Source: an uncultured Chloroflexia bacterium
Lineage (GTDB): Bacteria; Chloroflexota; Limnocylindria; Limnocylindrales; CSP1-4
Direction: 5' to 3'
Length of the DNA stretch: 64,000 bases
Assembly (NCBI GenBank): GCA_963813535.1
Contig: CAWEZH010000003.1
Coordinates: 512,001-576,000 of the forward strand
In this document: piece by piece, positions 31,153 to 39,323 of the stretch
Numbering within the stretch: the first letter of the stretch is position 1
Layout: each line of letters opens with the position of its first letter
Made by a program: the position numbers and the translations under genes
The notes under the pieces: model-generated
What the model saw: the letters and a program-made list of their open reading frames with translations, nothing else
What the model was told of the DNA's origin: nothing
The model's database searches: none

Positions 31153-31964
31153 GCGCGGCCGTCCAGCCGCCGCCCATGCGGGCGTCCGGCGCCCATGCGA
31201 TCGAGGCCGTCGACCTTGGCGTGCAGTACAGCCTCCGCTTCACGAAGAAGACGACGCTGCGCGAGTCGTTCGTGCAGATGTTCTCGCGCGAGCCGCTCGA
31301 GCCCTTCTGGGCATTGCGCAACGTGTCGTTCACCCTCGTCCGCGGTGAGTCACTCGGGGTGATCGGGCCGAACGGCGCGGGCAAGAGCACGCTGCTGCAG
31401 GTCCTGGCGGGGATCATCCAGCCGTCCGAAGGCTCTGTGGACGTGCGTGGGCATGTGTCCAGCCTGCTGACCCTGGGCGCCGGCTTCGACTCCGAGCTCA
31501 GCGGGCGCGAGAACATCCTCCTCGCCGGCGCGTTCCTCGGGCTGCCCGACTCCGTGGTCCGCGACCTGATGCCGGCGATCGTCGAATACGCCGACCTCGG
31601 GCGGTTCATCGACGCCCCGATCAAGACCTATTCGTCTGGCATGCGCGCGCGTTTGGGCTTCTCGATCGCGACGTCGGTCGATCCGGACATCCTGCTGCTC
31701 GACGAGGTGCTGGCGACGGGCGACGCCGAGTTCCGGGACAAGTCGAAGGCCCGTGTCATCGAGCTCGTCAAGGCGGCCAAGGGGATCGTGCTCGTGACCC
31801 ACGACATGGCGTGGGTGACCGAGTACTGCAATCGGGCGCTCCTCCTCGAGCAGGGCCGCGTCATCCATGAAGGCGACCCGGCCGAGACGGTTCGCATCCA
31901 CGTCGAGCGATCCGCGCAGCGCAAGGCCGAGCGAGCCGCGCAGATCGGATCGGCCGCGATCTGA
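31149..31964 (+). CDS. wzt: Polysaccharide ABC exporter ATPase (Wzt/TagH-like), no C-terminal carbohydrate-binding domain
   Basis: FWALRNVSF, GPNGAGKST, YSSGMRARLGF, LLLDEVLATGD, VTH; 271 aa. Confidence 0.93.
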   Translation: MSAAVQPPPMRASGAHAIEAVDLGVQYSLRFTKKTTLRESFVQMFSREPLEPFWALRNVSFTLVRGESLGVIGPNGAGKSTLLQVLAGIIQPSEGSVDVRGHVSSLLTLGAGFDSELSGRENILLAGAFLGLPDSVVRDLMPAIVEYADLGRFIDAPIKTYSSGMRARLGFSIATSVDPDILLLDEVLATGDAEFRDKSKARVIELVKAAKGIVLVTHDMAWVTEYCNRALLLEQGRVIHEGDPAETVRIHVERSAQRKAERAAQIGSAAI

Positions 31965-31995
31965 TGACGCGGGGACCCGCCGGGTCCGGGTCCTG

Positions 31996-33597
31996 ATGCC
32001 CGTCCTGCGTGCCGCCCGCGCCATCGTCCGGCGGCCGATCCGACTGGTGGTCCGGCGGCTCACCGCCATGTCGCCGCGGCTGCGCCAGGCCGAGGCCGCG
32101 CTGAAAGAGGGCGACCCGGAGCGCGGCCTATCCCTGATGACCGGGCTCGTGGACCCCACGCGTCCCGCGGGCGAAGGCGTCCTCTCGCGTGCGGCGGGTG
32201 CGATCGGCGATCGACTGGCCGTCGCCGCGGCCACCGCGGCGATCACCCGATCTCGACGCATGACGATCATCGAGAACGCGGAGCGGCGACTGGGCGGCCA
32301 CATCGCCGAGACCGATCCGCGCTGGAGCCCGCGGGTTCCTGGGCAACCGGAGCCGCTCGGCTCGGACGGAGACAGGCGGGTCCTCCATCTGCTCAAGGAG
32401 TCGCTGCCCCACCGGCAATCCGGCTATACGATGCGCAGCGCGTACAACGTCGGCACGATCCGCGACGCCGGCTGGGATCCGGTCGTGGTCACGCCCCTCG
32501 GCTTCCCGCGCTGGCGCACAGGGCACGGCGGCCCGCCGGTCGAAGAGGTCGACGGCATCCGCCATCACCGGCTCGATCCCGGACCCGCCTACCCGACCGA
32601 TGCCCCCGCGGACGCGTACCTCGACGACTTCGCGTGGCGGGCAGCCGGGGTGGTCCGCACCGAGCGCCCTGCCATCCTCCACGCCTCGTCGGGCTTCCGC
32701 GGGTACGAGCTGGCGCTCGTGGCGCTGGCCCTCGGTCGCCACTTCGCCCTGCCCGTCGTCTACGAGGTCCGCGGCCTGTTCGACGCTCCGGCGTATACGA
32801 CCGGGTTCGAACGCTACAAGCGTCGTGCCGCGACAGACCTGCGGGCGATGCTTGCCGCCGATGCCGTCGTGACCCTGGCGGAGACGATGCGCGCGGACAT
32901 CATCGAGCGCGGTGTGCCACCGGAGAAGGTGTTCGTCGTCCCGAACGGCGTCGACGCCGAGACGTTCTCGCCGATCCCGCCCGACCCGGCGATCCGGGCG
33001 CGGTACGGCCTGGGCGACCGGTTCGTGATCGGCTACATCAGCAACCTCGACCACCCCCGCGAGGACCATGAGTCGTTGATCGCGGCCACCGCGCAGCTGG
33101 TGGCCGCCGGGCGGGACGTCGCCTGTCTGATCGTCGGAGACGGCACCCGACGCGACGAGCTCGAGCATGTCGCCCGTGACTCAGGGGCGGCGGACCGGAT
33201 CATCTTCACGGGCCAGGTCCCGCACGAGCAGGTGCGTGGGATGTACGCGACGATCGATGCCTTCATCGTCCCCCGCAAGGACGAGCGGGCGGCTCGGCTG
33301 GTCACCCCGCTCAAGCCGTACGAGGCGATGGCGATGGCCCGCCCGCTCATCGTCGCCGACCTGCCGGCCCTGACCGAGATCGCGCCCGACGGCGTGCGCT
33401 CGCTCACCTACCCCACTGAAGATCCGGCCGGTCTCGCCGACGCCGTCGCGCGCCTGATGGATGACCCTGGCCTCGCGGCGCGGATCGCGGCCGCCGGCCG
33501 CGAGTGGGTCGTCGCGGAGCGGACGTGGGCGGCCAACCAGCCGCGCTGGGACGCCGTGTACCGGTCCGTGCTGGGGCGCCGGGGCGTGCCGGCATGA
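31996..33597 (+). CDS. GT4 glycosyltransferase
   Basis: SLPHRQSGYTMRS, VVYEVRG, VPNGVD, VTPLKPYEAMA, RTW. Confidence 0.9.
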   Translation: MPVLRAARAIVRRPIRLVVRRLTAMSPRLRQAEAALKEGDPERGLSLMTGLVDPTRPAGEGVLSRAAGAIGDRLAVAAATAAITRSRRMTIIENAERRLGGHIAETDPRWSPRVPGQPEPLGSDGDRRVLHLLKESLPHRQSGYTMRSAYNVGTIRDAGWDPVVVTPLGFPRWRTGHGGPPVEEVDGIRHHRLDPGPAYPTDAPADAYLDDFAWRAAGVVRTERPAILHASSGFRGYELALVALALGRHFALPVVYEVRGLFDAPAYTTGFERYKRRAATDLRAMLAADAVVTLAETMRADIIERGVPPEKVFVVPNGVDAETFSPIPPDPAIRARYGLGDRFVIGYISNLDHPREDHESLIAATAQLVAAGRDVACLIVGDGTRRDELEHVARDSGAADRIIFTGQVPHEQVRGMYATIDAFIVPRKDERAARLVTPLKPYEAMAMARPLIVADLPALTEIAPDGVRSLTYPTEDPAGLADAVARLMDDPGLAARIAAAGREWVVAERTWAANQPRWDAVYRSVLGRRGVPA

Positions 33598-34229
33598 TCC
33601 TTCGCCGCCGTGTCGCCGCGGCCGATGCGCGATCCGCGGCCCTCGACGTCTTTGCGACGGCACGCTTCCTCGGGTCGGCCGGGGTGGCTGCCCTGCGGCT
33701 GTGGATCATCGAGGTCGACGACGCACATGACCCGCTCCGCCCGGATGTCGTCCACGCATGGTCGGAGGGCATCGGCGTGGTGGCCGTCATGGGCGAGGAC
33801 GCGCTTGATGCCGCCGTCGTGACCGCTGCGGCGATCGGGGCGACGGTGGTCGAGCGCTCCGGGACCGAGTCGGTCGACGGTGCGACCGGGCCGATGGACG
33901 GGGATACCGAGTTCGATGGCCGTCGCCTCGCGGCGCGTCACGCACTCGGTCTCGATCCGGGCGATTCGGTGCAGGTCGCGCTCGGAGCGACCGCCGCGCC
34001 TGGATTGGCAGCCCGGCTGGCCGACATGGACGCCGCGGTCACGAACGGGGCCAGACGCCGGCTGATCGTCACCGGCCGACCTGACGGCAGCACGCGGATC
34101 TCGGCCGAGCTCATCTCGGCGATCGTCCACCCGCTCGTCCTGGTCGACCTGCAGGGTGTCGACGGCGAGCTCGATGGGCTGGCCCGCATCGCGGCGGACG
34201 ACCTGGTCGCCGAGACGTCGGTGACGTAA
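33594..34229 (+). CDS. Hypothetical protein
   Basis: ATGA-coupled to the upstream GT; normal codon style; no motif recognised. Confidence 0.55.
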   Translation: MILRRRVAAADARSAALDVFATARFLGSAGVAALRLWIIEVDDAHDPLRPDVVHAWSEGIGVVAVMGEDALDAAVVTAAAIGATVVERSGTESVDGATGPMDGDTEFDGRRLAARHALGLDPGDSVQVALGATAAPGLAARLADMDAAVTNGARRRLIVTGRPDGSTRISAELISAIVHPLVLVDLQGVDGELDGLARIAADDLVAETSVT

Positions 34230-34236
34230 GGCGCGC

Positions 34237-35355
34237 CTACGCGCGAGGGGCGACCAGCGAGGCCGGCGATCGCTCGGCCAACCAGGCCTGGACGACGTCG
34301 GCGATCCGGTCCCCGGCGTGCCCGTCCCAGAGGGGCGGTCGCGGCCCGCTCGGTCGCACCGGTCCGGCAAGGATCTCGCGGGCAGCCGCGACGACCTCGC
34401 CCGGCGCCACGAGCCGGTTGGTGCCGTGGCTGATCGTGATCGGTCGTTCGGTGTTCGGCCGGATCGTCAGGCACGGGACGTCCAGGATCGTGGTCTCCTC
34501 CTGGATCCCGCCCGAATCGGTCAGCACGAGGCGTGCTCCGGCGACCACCGACAGGAACGCCACGTAGCCGAGGGGTTCGACGATCCGGAGCCGTTCCGAA
34601 TCGGTCAGCCCGGCGGCCTCGAGATTTGCACGCCCGCGAGGATGCAAGGGGACGACGAGGGGGACCATCGCGGCGACACCCTGCAGCGCCTCGACGATCG
34701 CGCGTGCGCTCGCATCGGTGTCGACGTTCGACGGCCGATGCAGGGTCACGACGCCGTACTCGATATCGCCGACACCGAGGCGTCGGCGCTCGGACGGGTC
34801 ATCGAACCGGGCGCGATGCGCGAGTAGCGTGTCGATCATCGGGTTCCCGACGAAATGGATCCGGTCGGCCTCGAGGCCCATGGCGCGGAGGTGGTCGGCG
34901 GCCTCCGGACTGGTCGTGAACAGGAGGTCCGCCAGCAGGTCGCTCACGAGCCGGTTGATCTCCTCCGGCATCGACCGGTCGAAGGACCGCAGCCCCGCCT
35001 CGACGTGCGCCGACGGGATCTCGAGCTTCGCCGCCGCGAGGCTGCCGGCGAGCGTGCTGTTCACGTCGCCGTAGAGCATCACGAGCCTCGGAAGATCCGC
35101 GCGGAACTCGCGTTCCAGACCGACCATCGCGGCTGCGGTCTGCTCGGCGTGGGTCCCGGAGCCGACGCCGAGGTTGACGTCCGGGACCGGCAACCCCAGC
35201 TCGTCGAAGAAGACGTCCGACATGCGCTCGTCGTAGTGCTGGCCGGTATGGACGATCCGCTGCGGGATCCCGCGTTGTCCGATGGCCGCGATGACCGGTG
35301 CCGCCTTGATGAAATTCGGGCGAGCGCCGATGACGTGGACGACGTGCTGGGGCAT
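34237..35355 (-). CDS. wecB: UDP-N-acetylglucosamine 2-epimerase (non-hydrolysing)
   Basis: GARPNFIK, HTGQHYD, GDVNST, HVEAGLRS, PEEINR, TLHRPSNVD, TDSGGIQEE, TERP. Confidence 0.95.
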   Translation of the reverse strand: MPQHVVHVIGARPNFIKAAPVIAAIGQRGIPQRIVHTGQHYDERMSDVFFDELGLPVPDVNLGVGSGTHAEQTAAAMVGLEREFRADLPRLVMLYGDVNSTLAGSLAAAKLEIPSAHVEAGLRSFDRSMPEEINRLVSDLLADLLFTTSPEAADHLRAMGLEADRIHFVGNPMIDTLLAHRARFDDPSERRRLGVGDIEYGVVTLHRPSNVDTDASARAIVEALQGVAAMVPLVVPLHPRGRANLEAAGLTDSERLRIVEPLGYVAFLSVVAGARLVLTDSGGIQEETTILDVPCLTIRPNTERPITISHGTNRLVAPGEVVAAAREILAGPVRPSGPRPPLWDGHAGDRIADVVQAWLAERSPASLVAPRA

Positions 35356-35400
35356 GGCCGCCAGTATGCCGGAAGCCTCCGCCGTCGGACCCGGGCCGCT

Positions 35401-35919
35401 CTAGCGGCGCAGGATCCTGGCGACGATGGCGAATGCAGCGCCGAACGCCAGCGCGCCGCGCCAGTCGAGGATCGGTCGAACGGTCCCCTCGACGCGTCCG
35501 GCGATGAGGACCGCGATCGCGCTCGGTTGGCGGATGGTGACCGTCACCCCGAAGAGCCCGACGACGAGCGATTGATCGACGATGGTGTCCTGACTGCCGA
35601 CCAGGTTCGCCATCGACTGGACGACTCGCGTCTCTCCGCCGAGCGATGCGCCGATGAACCCACGATCGACCGACACCGTGGTACCCCGAGCGAGCCCGAT
35701 CCCGCCATCACTCACCGCGATGTCGGAGGCCATCGCACGCCCGATGCCGCCCTGCTGGATGTCGATCGCCTCGGCCGTAGCGGTCGAGATGCCGCCCTGG
35801 GTGATGCTGATCGAGCCGGCCTCGGCGTCGCGGATGCCGCCCTGGCTGAGCTCGATGCGCTCGGCCCGGGTGATCTCGGGCGTCTCGATCTCGCCGGTCG
35901 CAACGGTGCTGTCGTCCAT
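35401..35919 (-). CDS. Hypothetical 15-residue-repeat (beta-solenoid-like) protein with C-terminal TM anchor
   Basis: Repeats AERIELSQGGIRDAE/AGSISITQGGISTAT/AEAIDIQQGGIGRAM/ASDIAVSDGGIGLAR...; hydrophobic C-terminus ending in RR. Confidence 0.75.
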   Translation of the reverse strand: MDDSTVATGEIETPEITRAERIELSQGGIRDAEAGSISITQGGISTATAEAIDIQQGGIGRAMASDIAVSDGGIGLARGTTVSVDRGFIGASLGGETRVVQSMANLVGSQDTIVDQSLVVGLFGVTVTIRQPSAIAVLIAGRVEGTVRPILDWRGALAFGAAFAIVARILRR

Positions 35920-36026
35920 CCGCGCAGCCTACGCCCTCGCGACGACGTTGCGCCGATGGTCTATCCTGCCGCGGTTCGAGAGAGAGCGCCGATCGCGCCC
36001 GCGGATAGGGTCGTTCGAGGGGACAC

Positions 36027-37247
36027 GTGGCTACAGGCCGAACTGGTCCGGGAAGGATCGTCCTTGTTGGGGCGCTGGGACTCGCTGCCATCGCGGGTGT
36101 CGGTGCCGGGGTGATCGCCGCCGGTGCAGCAGCCCCGAGTCCGAGCGGACAGGCGCTCGTCTCGCCGTCAGCATCGCCGACGCCGACTTCGGCACCGACC
36201 GCCACGCCGACGCCCGAGCCGACGGCGACACCGCTGCCGACCCCGACACCGACGCCCACGCCGAGCCCGACGCCCAGGCCCGTCGCGGCACCGATGACGG
36301 GCCGACTGGTGACCCCCGCGGCTGCCAAGCGCCACCCGATCGCCGTGATGATCGACGACCACCCCGACGCCCGCCCACAGTCCGGCTTCAACGACGCGTC
36401 CGTCGTGTGGCAGGCACCGGCCGAGGGCGGCATCCCGCGCTACATGCTGATCTTCCAGGACCGCATCCCGCCGTCGGTCGGGCCGGTCCGCAGCGCGCGG
36501 CAGTACTACATCGCGTGGGCTGCCGAATGGGACGCGGTCTATGCGCACGTCGGCGGCTCGCCGCAGGCGATGGCCACGCTTCGCGAGCAGGGCCGCGGCC
36601 AGCTCGTCTACAACGCCGATGAGTTCCGTTGGGGCGGTGTCTATTTCCACCGGACGCGCGACCGCTTCGCCCCGCACAACGTGTACACCAGCGGCAAGGA
36701 GCTGTGGCAGCTGGCCCGCCGGCTCGGCGCGAAGGACGCGACGATGAAGCCCGCCTGGCGGTTCGTGGCGGACAAGCATTTCCTGCTCCGCCCGAAGGGC
36801 GGCACGATCACCACGGTCTACCCGTGGAACACGATCACCTACCGCTACGACCGGGCGACCAATACGTATCGCCGGTCGGTGTCGGGTGAGAAGCGCCAGG
36901 TCGACCGCGGTCGGGAGAAGTTCGTCGCACCCAAGAACGTCATCGTCATGGTCATGTCGTTCGGGCGCCTCAACGACGGGAGCAAGAAGAACCGCCTCGA
37001 GGCCCAGTTCATCGGGCGTGGCCCCGCGTGGATCGCGACCAACGGCAAGACGATCAAGGGCACATGGCGCAAGACATCGATGACGGCGCCGACGCGCTTC
37101 TTCGACGCCAAGGGCAAGGTCGTGCGATTGACTGCCGGCCAGACGTTCGTGCAAGTCATGCCGCGCGGGTCGAAGATCACGATCAAGGACGGCAAGGTGC
37201 CGGCCTATGTGCCGACAGACAAGGAACGCAGAGACGAACGGCTCTGA
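36027..37247 (+). CDS. DUF3048 family exported protein with Pro/Thr linker
   Basis: Signal/TM, PT-rich stretch, PIAVMIDD..ARPQSG, EGGIPRY, VGPVRSAR, AHVGGS, APHNVY. Confidence 0.88.
   Translation: MATGRTGPGRIVLVGALGLAAIAGVGAGVIAAGAAAPSPSGQALVSPSASPTPTSAPTATPTPEPTATPLPTPTPTPTPSPTPRPVAAPMTGRLVTPAAAKRHPIAVMIDDHPDARPQSGFNDASVVWQAPAEGGIPRYMLIFQDRIPPSVGPVRSARQYYIAWAAEWDAVYAHVGGSPQAMATLREQGRGQLVYNADEFRWGGVYFHRTRDRFAPHNVYTSGKELWQLARRLGAKDATMKPAWRFVADKHFLLRPKGGTITTVYPWNTITYRYDRATNTYRRSVSGEKRQVDRGREKFVAPKNVIVMVMSFGRLNDGSKKNRLEAQFIGRGPAWIATNGKTIKGTWRKTSMTAPTRFFDAKGKVVRLTAGQTFVQVMPRGSKITIKDGKVPAYVPTDKERRDERL
36162..36280 (+). repeat. Degenerate CCGACG hexamer run encoding a Pro/Thr linker
   Basis: Encodes SPSASPTPTSAPTATPTPEPTATPLPTPTPTPTPSPTP. 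Confidence 0.7.
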
Positions 37248-37274
37248 CGCGGCGACGTCCGCCTCGGCCGTACG

Positions 37275-38531
37275 TCACGCCGTGCGGCCGACCTCGGCGT
37301 AGATCGCCCGCACGTCGCCAGCGACATCGGACCACGACCGCGTCGCCGTGACGGCTCGTTCGCGGGCGGCCTCGGCGATCCCGGCACGCACGGGCTCGTC
37401 GCCCCAGGCCGCGAGGAGCGCCGCGGCGAGACGATCGGGGTCCCGCGGCTCGACCAGGATCCCAGCCGTGCCAACGATGTCCGGCAACGCACCGACCGCC
37501 GACGCGATGACCGGCACACCGGCCGCCAACGCGTCGAGTGCCGCCAGCCCGGTCGACTCGGTCACCATCGGCAGCACGACACCGCGCGACGCGGCGACGA
37601 CCGCGGCGGCGTCCTCGACCGGCAGGGCGGGCGCGTAGACGAGATGATCGCCGGCCTCGTGCCGCGCCGCGACACGGGCGAGCGCGGCGCGGTCGTCGGG
37701 CGTCGAGTCGAGCACCAGCATCCGCGGCGGCCACGGCGCATCGCGCGCCAGGTCAGCCGGCCGGCCGGCTCGCGCCAGCGCGCTGAGCGCGGAGAGCATC
37801 GTCCCGGCGTCCTGGCGTACGTCGTAGCGCCCGGGATACACGAGGAACCGCTCGCCCAGCCCGAGCCGATCGGCGACCGCACGGGCGGCGCCCCTCCGGG
37901 CGGCAAGTGCCGTCGGTCCGACGGCGTACGCCGCTCGCGGCGCGAGTGGGACGATGCGGATGCGGTCCCGCCGGACGTGCAGCAGCCGACGCGCCTCGCG
38001 CGCGACCGCCTCTGTGCCGACCAGGACCGCCGCGGCATCGCGCAGCAACCGTGCTCGCAGCCGCTGGCCGAACCGCGATGCGGCGGTCCGCTGGAAGGCG
38101 CGCGGCAGCTCCCACGGCGCGAGGTCGAGGACCGTCGCGACGGTCGGCAGCCGCGAGGCGATCGGCAGTCCGCCTCCGGCCGTGTGGTACACAGCACCGG
38201 CGGCACCGCCCGCATCGGCCCGCCAGGCCGCCCCGACCGACGCCCCTCGAAGCAGGAATGGGTCCACGGTCAGCGCGCCGGATCGGAGCAGGCGGATCGG
38301 CGGCAGCAACCGTCGGCCGACGACCTCGAGGTGGGAAAACTGCGTCGTGGGATCGTCCTCGTCGCTCGCGAGCAGGAACGCGAAGGACTCACCCGGGAGT
38401 GGATCCGCATCGAAGCCGCCGAGGAGCCCCTCCAGGTACGCCGCCGTGCGAGGCGCTCGCGCAGGCTCCTGGAGGGCGCGCACGTCCAGGACGACGCGAA
38501 CGCCGGGTGGACGCGTCCGGTCGGAGGTCAC
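37275..38531 (-). CDS. GT4 (MtfB-like) glycosyltransferase
   Basis: VVLDVRALQ, TVLDLAPW, ESTGLAALDALAAGVPVIAS, SW; GTG start overlaps the upstream stop. Confidence 0.8.
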   Translation of the reverse strand: MTSDRTRPPGVRVVLDVRALQEPARAPRTAAYLEGLLGGFDADPLPGESFAFLLASDEDDPTTQFSHLEVVGRRLLPPIRLLRSGALTVDPFLLRGASVGAAWRADAGGAAGAVYHTAGGGLPIASRLPTVATVLDLAPWELPRAFQRTAASRFGQRLRARLLRDAAAVLVGTEAVAREARRLLHVRRDRIRIVPLAPRAAYAVGPTALAARRGAARAVADRLGLGERFLVYPGRYDVRQDAGTMLSALSALARAGRPADLARDAPWPPRMLVLDSTPDDRAALARVAARHEAGDHLVYAPALPVEDAAAVVAASRGVVLPMVTESTGLAALDALAAGVPVIASAVGALPDIVGTAGILVEPRDPDRLAAALLAAWGDEPVRAGIAEAARERAVTATRSWSDVAGDVRAIYAEVGRTA

Positions 38532-39292
38532 GTCGGCTGGCGCCGCTCCCGCCAGCGGCCGCGCAGGTCCTCGAGACGGAGTTGGACGACGACGACCAGC
38601 GCCTCCACGACGATCCGGCGCGACATCTTGCTCTGCCCGACGCGCCGGTCGCGGAAGGTGATCGGTATCTCGACCACGCGTGCTCCGGCGCGGCTGGCAC
38701 GGAAGGTCATCTCGATCTGGAAGACGTACCCGCCGGCATGCACGCCATCGAACGGGACCGCGGCCAACGTCGCCGATCGCCACGCCTTGAACCCGCCGGT
38801 CAGGTCGTTCGGGCTGAGCCCCAGGACGGTCCGCGCGAAGATCGACCCACCGCGCGAGATCACCCGACGCCCCAATCCCCAGTCGACCACGCCACCGCCC
38901 GGCGCGTAGCGCGAGCCGATGACGAGGTCGGCCGTAGCGTCGACGATGGGCCCGATGAGGTCCGGCAATGTCGCCGGATCGTGGCTGAAGTCGGCATCCA
39001 TCTGGACGACGACCGACGCCCCGCCCTCGAGCGCGATGCCGAAGCCATCGAGGTAGGCGCGACCGAGCCCCTGCTTCGCAGCTCGATGACGGACGCGGAT
39101 GCGCTGATCGACGGCGGCCAGACCGTCGGCGATGTCGCCCGTGCCGTCGGGCGATCCGTCATCGACGACGAGGATATGCGCCTCGGGTAGCGCCTCGAGG
39201 ATGGCGGCCGTGACCGGGCTGACGTTCTCGGCCTCGTCGTAGGTCGGGAGGACGACCCAAGTCCCGGCTCCCCGCGTACGGTCGCCTTCCAT
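38528..39292 (-). CDS. Polyprenol-phosphate glycosyltransferase (DPM1/Ppm1-like GT2)
   Basis: VLPTYDEAEN, VVDDGSPDGTG, GLGRAY, MDADFSHDP, GSRY, DLTGGFKAW, GYVFQIEM, DRRVGQSKMS. Confidence 0.92.
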   Translation of the reverse strand: MEGDRTRGAGTWVVLPTYDEAENVSPVTAAILEALPEAHILVVDDGSPDGTGDIADGLAAVDQRIRVRHRAAKQGLGRAYLDGFGIALEGGASVVVQMDADFSHDPATLPDLIGPIVDATADLVIGSRYAPGGGVVDWGLGRRVISRGGSIFARTVLGLSPNDLTGGFKAWRSATLAAVPFDGVHAGGYVFQIEMTFRASRAGARVVEIPITFRDRRVGQSKMSRRIVVEALVVVVQLRLEDLRGRWRERRQPT

Positions 39293-39323
39293 GTGCGCCA
39301 AGTCTACGGTCGCCCCGGCGAGG

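Noticed and set aside
36162-36280. Short tandem repeats as a CRISPR or VNTR-like array
   Set aside because: Codon-level Pro/Thr repeats within a CDS; no constant repeat-spacer structure and no cas genes
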